A stretch of DNA of 64,000 nt from an uncultured Prevotellaceae bacterium (GCA_902785945.1 CADAAR010000002.1:71743-135742); one strand, 5' to 3'. Shown: positions 29,519 to 38,921, numbered from the stretch's first letter. Numbers and translations are program-made. Notes: a model not told the origin generated them from the sequence alone.

Positions 29519-29989
29519 TTATATATGTATATTCAGTTTCAATAATGACCTACGGTAGATGGCCAGAATCCAACGCCTGACAGGCAGCAGCCTGCTCCAG
29601 AAACGGGAGAAGCGAAGCCTTTGGGGGGTATAAAGATACCGCCGCTTGCCATTCGGGGCAATGACATACTCCGCACGCGCCTTCACATCGCTGAGCGGGC
29701 AGTACTCGTCGGCAGTGATGTTGCCATCGCCCATAAGCTGGACCTGGTCGTCGTTGATACGGATGATACGGTGGACCACAAAGCGACAACCATTGATCCA
29801 CGCCAGCACCACATCGCCCACAGCCACGGTCTCAGGCTTGACAAGCTCTACACTCTCCCGACCGCCAATGATAAACGGCAGCATGCTATTGCCCTTTACA
29901 GGCAACACCACCCGCTGGCCTTCATTCACCAGTTGAATGAGATCGCGTAAAATCTCATTATTGGGCAGGACTTTATGTACAACTTCCAT
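29519..29989 (-). CDS. S24/S26-family peptidase, soluble, Ser/His type
   Basis: KGNSMLPFI, GDVVL, VVHRI, MGDGN; no N-terminal TM segment. Confidence 0.85.
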   Translation of the reverse strand: MEVVHKVLPNNEILRDLIQLVNEGQRVVLPVKGNSMLPFIIGGRESVELVKPETVAVGDVVLAWINGCRFVVHRIIRINDDQVQLMGDGNITADEYCPLSDVKARAEYVIAPNGKRRYLYTPQRLRFSRFWSRLLPVRRWILAIYRRSLLKLNIHI

Positions 29990-30011
29990 GACTGATTCTT
30001 AATTTCGGCTG

Positions 30012-30122
30012 CAAAGGTACGAAAAAAAGTGAAGAGTGAAGAGTGAAGAGTGAAAAATTTGCTTCCGCTTGAATGATTTTCAATTTTCAATTTTCAATTT
30101 TCAATAAAAATAACTACCTTTG
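30012..30122. promoter_or_regulatory. Divergent promoter pair for the peptidase-PqqD-ABC operon and the kinase gene
   Basis: TACCTTTG on minus (30019-30012) and on plus (30115-30122). Confidence 0.65.
30028..30080 (+). repeat. (GAAGAGT)n plus AATTTGCTTCCGC unit, copy 1
   Basis: Direct repeat of 31001-31056; related inverted copies at 56397-56474 and 56921-56964. Confidence 0.85.
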
Positions 30123-30143
30123 CACACAAATTTGAAAAATGAG

Positions 30144-31022
30144 ATGAAAGAATATTATTATAAGGTGGCGGAGCATGTGTTTTCGCTGGATATGGGAACA
30201 AAAGGCGATCTGGTCTGTGACTTGCGACAATACGAGGGGTTCGTGACAGATCCGACGGAAGACGTGGTGTTTAGCATGCAGATTGTGGATATGCCTTTCT
30301 CAACGGAAGGTTTCAACGATGAGATGCACCAGGAAGAAGAGGGGCAGGAGATCATTGCCGGCCATCTGCCAACAGGTGAGCCTTACTTTGAATTTCTGCT
30401 GAAAGGCAAGCGTTCTGCTGTGCTCATCAGCAGTCAGGACTACCGACAGGCCCGTCTCAGTCTGGAGGAATATCCGCAGTTTGGCGTGAACAACGCCCTG
30501 ATGGTGATGTATGCCCTGGCCACTGCCAACAAACGGACAGCCATGTTCCACTCGTCGGTGGTGAGCTATCAAGGAAAGGGGTATATGTTCCTCGGCCAGA
30601 GTGGCACCGGCAAGAGTACACACTCCAGCCTGTGGCTGAAACATATTGAGGGCACAGAATTGGTGAATGATGACAATCCTGTAGTCAGAGTCTTAGAGAA
30701 TAACGAGGTGCGGGTATACGGCTCTCCATGGAGTGGAAAGACGCCTTGCTATCGGAATGTGAGCTATCCTGTAGGGGCCATCGTCAAACTGAGTCAGGCA
30801 CCTTTTAATAAGATCGAACGTCTGAAGGGTATCAAGGCCTATGCGGCTGTGGTGCCTTCCATCTCGGGTAAGCGCTGGGACAAGGAATTGGCCGAAGGTC
30901 TGCATGAGACAGAGAACCTGATTGCCCAGCATGCTAGCGTCTGGCATTTAGACTGTCTGCCCGACGAGGCCGCCGCGCAGCTCTGCTGTAAGACAGTTGA
31001 AAGAGTGAAGAGTGAAGAGTGA
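30144..31022 (+). CDS. HPr kinase / PEPCK-like P-loop kinase
   Basis: FHSSVV, LGQSGTGKSTHS, LVNDD, GSPWSGK; ATG 30144 lies just after the promoter. Confidence 0.8.
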   Translation: MKEYYYKVAEHVFSLDMGTKGDLVCDLRQYEGFVTDPTEDVVFSMQIVDMPFSTEGFNDEMHQEEEGQEIIAGHLPTGEPYFEFLLKGKRSAVLISSQDYRQARLSLEEYPQFGVNNALMVMYALATANKRTAMFHSSVVSYQGKGYMFLGQSGTGKSTHSSLWLKHIEGTELVNDDNPVVRVLENNEVRVYGSPWSGKTPCYRNVSYPVGAIVKLSQAPFNKIERLKGIKAYAAVVPSISGKRWDKELAEGLHETENLIAQHASVWHLDCLPDEAAAQLCCKTVERVKSEE

Positions 31023-31056
31023 AGAGTGAAGAATTTGCTTCCGCTTGAAGATTTTT
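31001..31056 (+). repeat. (GAAGAGT)n plus AATTTGCTTCCGC unit, copy 2 (supplies the kinase stop codon)
   Basis: Direct repeat of 30028-30080. Confidence 0.85.
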
Positions 31057-31124
31057 GCACAGTAGGGACTTTGTAACAAAGGGATGTAACGACACATTAT
31101 TTATTTATCAACTAATTATTATTT

Positions 31125-31784
31125 ATGAAGAAATTGTTAATCCTCATGCTGATGATGGCTACCACAGTGGTGTCATCGGCGCAGACAAAGAAAGTGTCGG
31201 TCTTGGGCGACTCGTATTCCACATTCAAGGGCGTGGGCCCTGCTCATTACGCACCGTTCTATCCCAACGACCGTAACGATTGCAAGGCCGTAGAGCAGAC
31301 TTGGTGGGACCTTTATATCAAGGCCAAGGGCTATGTGCTGGAGAAGAACGATTCCTGGGGCGGCACCACCATCTGCGGCACAGGCTACGGTCGTATGGAT
31401 GCCTCGCGCAACAATTTCATTTCGCGTGTCGACAGTCTGGGTAATCCCGATATCATCTTCGTGTTTGGCGGCACCAACGATGCTTGGGCCAACGTTCCCA
31501 TAGGCGAATATCAGTATGCCGACTGGACGAAGGATGACTGCAAGAACTTCCGTCCTGCGCTGGCCTGCCTGCTCGACATGCTGCAGAAGCGTTATCCCAA
31601 GGCCAAGCTCTGCTCCATCCTCAATTCGGAGTTGCGAGAGCCCATCAACGAGTCGATGCGCGAGGTGTGCAAGCACTACAACGTCCAGCTCGTAGAGTTG
31701 CATGATATTGAGAAACAGAACGGTCACCCGTCGGTCAAGGGCATGAAGAGCATCTGCGACCAACTTCTGGAAGCAGGACTGTAG
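31125..31784 (+). CDS. Secreted SGNH/GDSL hydrolase
   Basis: Signal peptide, GDSYS, GGTND, GHP. Confidence 0.88.
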   Translation: MKKLLILMLMMATTVVSSAQTKKVSVLGDSYSTFKGVGPAHYAPFYPNDRNDCKAVEQTWWDLYIKAKGYVLEKNDSWGGTTICGTGYGRMDASRNNFISRVDSLGNPDIIFVFGGTNDAWANVPIGEYQYADWTKDDCKNFRPALACLLDMLQKRYPKAKLCSILNSELREPINESMREVCKHYNVQLVELHDIEKQNGHPSVKGMKSICDQLLEAGL

Positions 31785-31798
31785 TCATCAGTTGGCAC

Positions 31799-31833
31799 AA
31801 AAAAAAAGCGGGCCTTGCGGCTCGCTTTTCTTT
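31799..31833. terminator. Bidirectional intrinsic terminator
   Basis: aaaagcgggcc-ttgc-ggctcgctttt between convergent genes. Confidence 0.7.
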
Positions 31834-31852
31834 GTGTGAGAGAGTGAGGTGA

Positions 31853-34021
31853 TTACTCCCAACGAAAGACTGCACCGTTTCTGCGAGCAGGGTCTGAACC
31901 GGTGTAGTCCATCGAATAGGGACTGCCCGTGGTGGGGCTCTTGCCAATGTAACGATGCGTGCGCATCGACATGAGCATAAACTCATGATTCAGATAATCC
32001 TGCCACATAAAGACTTCGGCCTTCGACTCATCGGTTGTCAGCCGTACATCGCCGGCAATGCCAAAGCCTGACACGAAGACATAGCGACCGTCTTCGCACT
32101 GGAGAATGACCTGACCCTGTCCCTTGTCGATAAGACGGAAACGCGTCTGAGGGCTCTTGTCAGAGGCCTCTGTATCGTAGAGCAGTCCATGAGGCAGGGC
32201 GATGGCGGGTTTTCCTGTGGCAAGGTTGATCATGCGAAACCAGCGGTCGGCGGCCGAAGGGGAAGCCAAGGTCTTGCCATAAGGGATGTTCCCGCTACGG
32301 TCGGCCTGAGGCTCCTCAACGGTGAAGTTGTCGAACTCTGCATAACCGCCCTTCTGCCCCTTATGATTGAAAGCGAAGAGAGCATGGCGTGAACCTTGGA
32401 AAGATATGAGCTGATAAGAGAGCGGCATCTCTCGGCCCACCTGATGATAGACCTCTCCATCGAGCGAATACTCATAGTGCGCACAGTCGTGGTCATAGTC
32501 GCCCACCATGCGGAGCCAAACTTTTTTGATGGCCCCATCTGTTGCGGCAATACCTAAGGTCACGGTGTCGTTGATGGCTTGCTCGAAACAGCGCAGATGC
32601 AGGCGTGCGTCGTCCTTGGTGATGCCAATCCATGAACACGGCACATTGATATTGCCCAGTCCTGCCACATCGCCATCCTTCAGGCCCTTGGTGTACAACT
32701 CAACGGTAGCGATAGAGGTTGGACCTATCACGCGCTGAGTGAGGGTGTTGCGAGCCCACATCAGTTGTTCAGCAGGCATCGACTGCAAACGAAGACGACC
32801 GTTCTTCAGGCTCCACTTGGTATCATCGGGGTTGTGGTTCCATTGCCAGATACGGCCAAGGGACTTGCCATTGAAATCCTCATTGCGATTGTAGGGAGCT
32901 TTAGGAAGACTAGGCAGACTAGATGGACTAGAGACATTAGGCTTCAGCCAGGTGCGGGGGGCGCGGCCTAAGTTGCCTTCGAGGCCGAGCATGGGCCAGC
33001 CGTCCTTCCAGGTGATAGGCGCAAGGGTAACGGTACGGCCGATAGAGTGGAAGTCCATCATCAGAAGGGCCCACCACTGACCACTCTGATCCTCGACGAT
33101 GCCACCCTGATGGATATTGGTACAGGCAGTGGCATCCTTGTCTACCTCGGGAATACCAAACTTTGCACCATCTTGTCCGATGCGGTATTTCTCGCCACGA
33201 GGCACCTGCGTCAGTGATGCCGCATGATAACCAAACGTCTCATCGGCGGTGATGGTGATGGTCTCGTAGGGTCCCCAGATACTTTTCGCACGTGAACAGA
33301 GGGTACGACCATTAGGACGGTAGTCGGTGGAAATGAGGTAATACATACCGTTGATCTTATACATATGATGACCCTCGCCAACGGCATTGCCCTCAGGGAT
33401 GATCGTACGCTCCGTCTCTTCGATAGGACCGCACATGTCAGACTTCAGTTCCGTACACTTCACCTCGCCATAACCATGAATGGCATAGATCTTCCCGTCA
33501 TCATCGAAAAGTACACTGAGGTCGTAGATACGGCCTTGCATATTATGATGCTCCCACGGACCACGGATATCCTTCGAGGTGTAGCACTGAAGACCCTTGC
33601 CATTGATATTGGTAAAGACATAGAACTGCCCATTGGCATATCTGATAGCAGGAGCCCAGACGCCCTGGCCATAGATCTCCTGATGGTTCTTCAACGAGAA
33701 GGCGTCGTCAGCAAAATCAAAGCGATCGAAACAGTATGAGATGTTCTCCCAGTTCACCAAGTCCTTCGAGTGCAGGATGACCAGACCTGGCACGGTGTGC
33801 ATGGTGGTTCCTGCCAGATAGTAATCATCGCCGACACGCAGAATATCGGGATCGGAGAACTCATCATAGAAGAGCGGATTCGTGAATGTGCCGTTGCCGT
33901 TATCTGCTGTCCATGACTGACCGTAACACGGACTCATAAAAAAGTGAAAAGCAAAAAGAATATGTATTGCTATTAACCAACTATTTCTAACTAACTTATC
34001 ATTTCTTACATTTTCACACAT
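31853..34021 (-). CDS. GH43 glycoside hydrolase (xylosidase/arabinofuranosidase type, with beta-sandwich and extra C-terminal domain)
   Basis: SDPDI, WAP, EGHH, HQGG, WQWNHNP; start at 34021 (signal peptide) rather than 34294, which overlaps the next gene. Confidence 0.88.
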   Translation of the reverse strand: MCENVRNDKLVRNSWLIAIHILFAFHFFMSPCYGQSWTADNGNGTFTNPLFYDEFSDPDILRVGDDYYLAGTTMHTVPGLVILHSKDLVNWENISYCFDRFDFADDAFSLKNHQEIYGQGVWAPAIRYANGQFYVFTNINGKGLQCYTSKDIRGPWEHHNMQGRIYDLSVLFDDDGKIYAIHGYGEVKCTELKSDMCGPIEETERTIIPEGNAVGEGHHMYKINGMYYLISTDYRPNGRTLCSRAKSIWGPYETITITADETFGYHAASLTQVPRGEKYRIGQDGAKFGIPEVDKDATACTNIHQGGIVEDQSGQWWALLMMDFHSIGRTVTLAPITWKDGWPMLGLEGNLGRAPRTWLKPNVSSPSSLPSLPKAPYNRNEDFNGKSLGRIWQWNHNPDDTKWSLKNGRLRLQSMPAEQLMWARNTLTQRVIGPTSIATVELYTKGLKDGDVAGLGNINVPCSWIGITKDDARLHLRCFEQAINDTVTLGIAATDGAIKKVWLRMVGDYDHDCAHYEYSLDGEVYHQVGREMPLSYQLISFQGSRHALFAFNHKGQKGGYAEFDNFTVEEPQADRSGNIPYGKTLASPSAADRWFRMINLATGKPAIALPHGLLYDTEASDKSPQTRFRLIDKGQGQVILQCEDGRYVFVSGFGIAGDVRLTTDESKAEVFMWQDYLNHEFMLMSMRTHRYIGKSPTTGSPYSMDYTGSDPARRNGAVFRWE

Positions 34022-34058
34022 AACTCTTTTACTTTTCACTTTATATTTTTTTGCTTTT

Positions 34059-35186
34059 TTATCTTCCCAACGTCGGCCAGCCATCGGCTGTCCATATAAC
34101 AGGGCGCTGAATAAGAATAGAAGCGCCTTGGTGGGCGATGCTATAGCCATGACAGATAAAGATGTCCTGACCATCAAAACGGTATACAGCACAATGGCCG
34201 GCGGCCTCAAACTCTTTTTTGTCACCTTCGAGGAAGAGATTTCCACCACCATACCGCATGTCGATACCCTTACTGTCGAGATAGGGGCCATCAACCGTCT
34301 TGCTGCGACCTACGGCCACACGGTAGTTACTCTTGCTACCTTGGCAACAGTAGTCCCAGGATACAAAGAGATAATACCAGCCATCGTGCTTGAAGATAAA
34401 GGGTGCCTCGATGGCATTGGGGCCTGCATAATCGGAGGTCGGGTTCTTCGGAGGATTGACCTTCGGTCGAGCCTGCTCACGCTCAGCAGAATTCAAGCCT
34501 ACTTGATTCTGCTTTCGCTCAATCGCAGCCTTTGGATTAATCGGGAGAGCCGCCTTGGCATCCTTGCTATCCAGATTATACCGACGAGCAATCGTACGGG
34601 GCTTTTCACCTTTGGCAATATGCATCGTCGTATCGAGACGGACCAACTGAATACCATCCCAAAAACTACCCCAAACCAGCCATGGCTGATCTTGATCGTC
34701 AATCACAAAATTAGGATCAATGGCATTCCAGTTGTCACGCTTCTCTCTGGAGGTCACAATACATCCTTCATCATCCCACAGACCTTGGGCCAGGGAACGA
34801 CAGGAGAGCAGACCGATAGCAGAACCGTTCTTACCAAAGGTTGAACAACTGTAAGCGAGCCACCAACGGCCGTGCCACTGAATGATGTCCGGCGCCCAGA
34901 CATGATTGCGGAATCCGGGTACAGAATCATGCGTCCATTTCGGAATAACGCTCATCACCGGCTCAGCATGAACCGTCCAGCTCTTACGGTCTTTCGAGGT
35001 CATCTTCTGGATACCCATGCCTGTAGCGAAAAGATAATAGGTACTGTCCTCGTAGGCCATCACAGGGTCATGCACCATCGGCATATCGGTGACGAATGGT
35101 AAGTTCCTCCTGGGATGCCGTTGCCCCTGCGCCAACAATGTGACACACGAGGCTAACAGCACCAAGGAAATGACTGTTTTCCTCAT
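34059..35186 (-). CDS. GH43 endo-1,5-alpha-L-arabinanase
   Basis: VHDP, WAPD, NAIDPN, GSFWDGI, IEAPF, WDYCC, AGH. Confidence 0.9.
   Translation of the reverse strand: MRKTVISLVLLASCVTLLAQGQRHPRRNLPFVTDMPMVHDPVMAYEDSTYYLFATGMGIQKMTSKDRKSWTVHAEPVMSVIPKWTHDSVPGFRNHVWAPDIIQWHGRWWLAYSCSTFGKNGSAIGLLSCRSLAQGLWDDEGCIVTSREKRDNWNAIDPNFVIDDQDQPWLVWGSFWDGIQLVRLDTTMHIAKGEKPRTIARRYNLDSKDAKAALPINPKAAIERKQNQVGLNSAEREQARPKVNPPKNPTSDYAGPNAIEAPFIFKHDGWYYLFVSWDYCCQGSKSNYRVAVGRSKTVDGPYLDSKGIDMRYGGGNLFLEGDKKEFEAAGHCAVYRFDGQDIFICHGYSIAHQGASILIQRPVIWTADGWPTLGR
34456..34532 (-). repeat. Structured ~77-bp repeat, family A, in frame inside the arabinanase
   Basis: Aligns with 58441-58514. Confidence 0.85.
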
Positions 35187-35211
35187 TTATACTATGATTT
35201 AGTAGTTTGTT

Positions 35212-36987
35212 TTATCTGACGATAAATTTCTTTCCATTTTTAAGATAGATACCGGGCTTCTTCAGAGATGAAACAGGTCTGCCTGAGAGGTCATAGACCC
35301 CATTATCCATTGTCCATTGTCCATTATCCATTGTCATAATACCTGTAGCAGCCTTGGTCTGATAAGCCCATGCTGTGACACCGGTCTTACTGGCCAGACC
35401 TGTAAAGGCTATCGTTTTCTCATCTTTCGGTTCGAGCGTCTGCTCAACCATGACGCCTCTATAAGCCGTACCACTGATGACAAAGTTCACATACGACGTA
35501 CCTGCTGTTGCAGCCCAAGTACCAGTAGCTCCACCACTGATCTTTCCATCGGCAGAAAGGGTGATCTCAACAGGCTTGGCGGCTTCCTTCTGAGTGTGGT
35601 CTAGTCTGTATTTGTGAATCAGAAGTTGATAGGTTCCTGGGATACGGTCGGTGCTCACCTGCTGCGAACTGGCGATATCAGCACTCTTTACCTCCTCACC
35701 GGTATATTCGAACGGGGCAGCAACCAACCATCCGTCTTTGTTCTGGAACACCTGATGAACGCGCACCTGATGACCTTCACCTGCATTCTGGAATCGGGTG
35801 TGATAAACCAGATAGGTACGTCCATCCTCGGCAGCAATGATGCTATTGTGTCCCTGAGAGCGCTCACCATAGTTGCCCTTCGTCTGATTGCCCCAGTCTG
35901 TATAAGCCCCAAAAATATTCACGCCACGGTCGCTGTTGGCCTTGGCGCCGAAATTAAGTTGGTAACTATTGTAGACAGCACTGATATTATTAGAATCTTT
36001 ATAGGGACCGTCAGGCTTTTCAGAACGGAATACACGCATCTGGTAGCCACCGTTATTGTATTCGTTAGGATTACCACCAGCAGCCAGACCGCCATAGCTC
36101 ATGAACAGGAAATAATAGCCTCCGATATACTCGATATACGAAGCTTCGCCTGATACATAGTAACCACCAGCAATCTTCTTACCGAAATAAGGGTCTTCAG
36201 TGATGCCATTGCCAGTACCAGTCAACGAATATTCCACATCATAGTCACGCAGGCCGGTATTCTCGTCGAGCTCCAGCATCCAGATGCCACCGCTCCAAGA
36301 ACCATAAGACATCCACAGCTTTCCTTCCTCGTCGTAGAAAACGCATGGGTCGATGTTATTGGGCCAGCGATCACCCCATTTACTACCTGTGGCATAGCGC
36401 GAAGGCAGAGTGCTCTGCGAACCAATAACAAGTTCAAGGTCAGTATCCTTAAACTCCGTACCATTCTTAAAGCCGCTGATGACCACCGGAGCCTGATAAC
36501 GATAAGGTCCAGTAATTTTATCAGCAGTCAGAAGAATGATACTTGAATACCACGAGTCACCATTAATGCTTAAATACATACACCATTTATTCATGACCTT
36601 GTTGTAAATGACATCGGGAGCCCACATGTTTCCGTCTACATTATAACTCTTACCCCCCTTTGCAGACCAGTTAACAGCATTGAACTGCGGCAGGTTTACA
36701 TCTACACCGCCTTTCTTGACCGTTGTGACCTGTGGAGTGGTAAAGGCATCCTTATTAGCAGCATTGCTGCTCGATGCGGTGGCCCAGGGCACAGTGACTT
36801 TGGTCCATCTCATCATGTCACTTGTCTTGGCATTATCTCTGTGAGAGCCGAAGATATAATAGGTCTTGGACTCTGGATCCCAAACGACACTTGGGTCATG
36901 AACTGTCACATGCTGCAGCGATACCGCAATGGATATCGCTGGCAGCATAAGCGACAGAAATAATGGTATGAATCTTTTCATCATCAT
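35212..36987 (-). CDS. GH43 arabinanase with C-terminal beta domain and T9SS-type tail
   Basis: VHDPS, WAPD, IDP, YGSWSGG, SGEAS, QGHNS; tail YDLSGR...GIYLKNGKK. Confidence 0.88.
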   Translation of the reverse strand: MMMKRFIPLFLSLMLPAISIAVSLQHVTVHDPSVVWDPESKTYYIFGSHRDNAKTSDMMRWTKVTVPWATASSSNAANKDAFTTPQVTTVKKGGVDVNLPQFNAVNWSAKGGKSYNVDGNMWAPDVIYNKVMNKWCMYLSINGDSWYSSIILLTADKITGPYRYQAPVVISGFKNGTEFKDTDLELVIGSQSTLPSRYATGSKWGDRWPNNIDPCVFYDEEGKLWMSYGSWSGGIWMLELDENTGLRDYDVEYSLTGTGNGITEDPYFGKKIAGGYYVSGEASYIEYIGGYYFLFMSYGGLAAGGNPNEYNNGGYQMRVFRSEKPDGPYKDSNNISAVYNSYQLNFGAKANSDRGVNIFGAYTDWGNQTKGNYGERSQGHNSIIAAEDGRTYLVYHTRFQNAGEGHQVRVHQVFQNKDGWLVAAPFEYTGEEVKSADIASSQQVSTDRIPGTYQLLIHKYRLDHTQKEAAKPVEITLSADGKISGGATGTWAATAGTSYVNFVISGTAYRGVMVEQTLEPKDEKTIAFTGLASKTGVTAWAYQTKAATGIMTMDNGQWTMDNGVYDLSGRPVSSLKKPGIYLKNGKKFIVR

Positions 36988-38921
36988 TACTCAAAGATCA
37001 TGTGACAACCGTCAACCGTGAAGCGGAACCAGAGGTTATCCCCGTCAATAGGACTGATACCGATATAGTCCTGATAGTAGGTCTCACCGTCATTGCCTTC
37101 CATGACACACTTCACATCAGCAGAACCACCATTGTTGGTCACGGATACGGTTACCATCGCCTCATCCATAGCCTTAAGCCATGCACCCCAGTCGAGCTGA
37201 CCACCACTTGGCAGACAAGCACCATAGCTGTCACCCCAACCATAGTTGTCGGCACGGACGACAGCATATTCACTATTGTCCTCACGGGTCAGCACAACCA
37301 CAAAGTTGTTCCAGTTGTTGGCGCCATTGGTGAAGTTCTTGATGCGGGTAGTAACGGTCTTACCAACAGGCACATTGTACATATCAGAATGAGCACCCCA
37401 CCAACCGGTAGAGTTATCTTCTGCACCAAGTACGCTATCGAACTCCAGGTGGCAGTTGTCAACAGTAAAGCGGAAGTAGAAGTCTTCCGGATCAACCGTG
37501 TTGATGCCATTGTACTCCTGCGTATAGACCTCACCGTTTGTGCCCTGCATCACGGCCTTCACATCAGCGGTACCATCACCGTTGTTAGTAACGGCTACAG
37601 TCACCTTGGCACCGTCCATAGCAGCAAGCCATGTACCCCAGTCACCCTGGGTTCCAATCGGCGTACAAGCACCATAACCATCACCCCAGCCATAATTATC
37701 GGCACGGACTACGGCATACTCTGTATTATCAGCACGACAGAGAACCACGACGAAGTTGTTCCAGTTGTTGGCACCACTAGTGTAGTTGGTGAAGCTGCTC
37801 ACAAAGGTCTCATTCGGGCCTACCTTGATATTCTCAGAATGAGCACCCCACCAACCAGTAGAATTGTCGGTAGCACCAAGGCTCGTGTACATCTTATCAA
37901 CAACCTCGAACTCTGCAGTTCCGATGATAGGTGCATTGGCAGCCTCACCTTTGTAGGTCTTGGCATAGGCAGCCACGAGGGTCTTCTTGCCCAATGAATA
38001 CATATCAGGAACAGTCTGAATGGCCAAGTCAGTTATTTTCACAGTCGCAGAAACCTCCTGCTCAAACTGGATGGTTGCAGTAACATTAGCAAAGGCTTCA
38101 GCCAGATCAGTGCCCTGAAGCACCTTCTTGGGTACGCCGTTGAGCGTCATTGACAGTGGCTGCTTGTCCTCCTTAGAAGTGAAACCGCCGATAGGCTCGA
38201 TGGTTGAACCAAGGAAATTAATGAATGAACCCTCAGGAACCAAGAAAGCACGGATAGTGGTGTTCGATGCATCCGCATTCAGATTCACCAGAGGCGAAGT
38301 CTGAGTATAGGTCTTCGTCACCTTACCATTGGTCATAGTGACAACCAGACCACCACTGGTGCGGTCAATCGTCAGAGTGACTTTACCACCCAACTTATCA
38401 ACACCAGCATCAGTATCAGTAGCAAACTCGAGGTCGCTGGTTGCGAGGCTACGGTCGATATAATCACCCCACTCTGAGTTACCACTCGGTTGGAAATCAT
38501 AACGGATAGCACCGTACTCCTTATAGTTGGCAGCACCACGATCCTCATCATTGGTGATGATAAGGGCATAGTTCTTATAGGTATTCGATGCACTGGGATT
38601 GATGTTCAGATTGAACTGGGTAATCCACTTGCCACCTTCAGGAATCTGATAATACTTGGAGAACACAGCCCACCAGCCAGAGCTATAGTCTGTAGCGCCA
38701 ACGGTGTAAACGTCCTCTTCCAAACCTTCAATTTCTTCTTCACCGCCCTGATTCTTGGCCTTTTCAGCAGCGATGGAGTCTGCCTTAGCAGAAATCCAGT
38801 CGGGTGAGTCGATGCCATACAGGTCGCCACCCTCACAGGAAGTGACAAAGAGGTAAGAGGTAAGAAGTAAGAGGTAAGAGAATACGCCTACAACTACCTT
38901 ATTATATCTATTTGTTTTCAT
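36987..38921 (-). CDS. Surface glycan-binding lipoprotein with three internal repeats
   Basis: Lipobox VTSC; three GAxDxSxGWW repeats; immediately downstream of susD. Confidence 0.75.
   Translation of the reverse strand: MKTNRYNKVVVGVFSYLLLLTSYLFVTSCEGGDLYGIDSPDWISAKADSIAAEKAKNQGGEEEIEGLEEDVYTVGATDYSSGWWAVFSKYYQIPEGGKWITQFNLNINPSASNTYKNYALIITNDEDRGAANYKEYGAIRYDFQPSGNSEWGDYIDRSLATSDLEFATDTDAGVDKLGGKVTLTIDRTSGGLVVTMTNGKVTKTYTQTSPLVNLNADASNTTIRAFLVPEGSFINFLGSTIEPIGGFTSKEDKQPLSMTLNGVPKKVLQGTDLAEAFANVTATIQFEQEVSATVKITDLAIQTVPDMYSLGKKTLVAAYAKTYKGEAANAPIIGTAEFEVVDKMYTSLGATDNSTGWWGAHSENIKVGPNETFVSSFTNYTSGANNWNNFVVVLCRADNTEYAVVRADNYGWGDGYGACTPIGTQGDWGTWLAAMDGAKVTVAVTNNGDGTADVKAVMQGTNGEVYTQEYNGINTVDPEDFYFRFTVDNCHLEFDSVLGAEDNSTGWWGAHSDMYNVPVGKTVTTRIKNFTNGANNWNNFVVVLTREDNSEYAVVRADNYGWGDSYGACLPSGGQLDWGAWLKAMDEAMVTVSVTNNGGSADVKCVMEGNDGETYYQDYIGISPIDGDNLWFRFTVDGCHMIFE

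Noticed and set aside
27600-31022. Lasso peptide or PQQ biosynthesis cluster
   Set aside because: No asparagine-synthetase-like cyclase, B2 protease or pqqBCE/radical SAM gene; the peptide lacks lasso core features.
34022-34294. N-terminal extension of the 813-aa GH43 ORF
   Set aside because: Overlaps the arabinanase gene in another frame; a signal-peptide start at 34021 fits better.
37002-37997. Long antisense ORFs (e.g. 37002-37997, 25232-25990, 34128-34844, 51225-51947, 52761-53444, 54071-54787)
   Set aside because: Shadow frames of well-supported genes with biased codon usage; no recognisable motifs.
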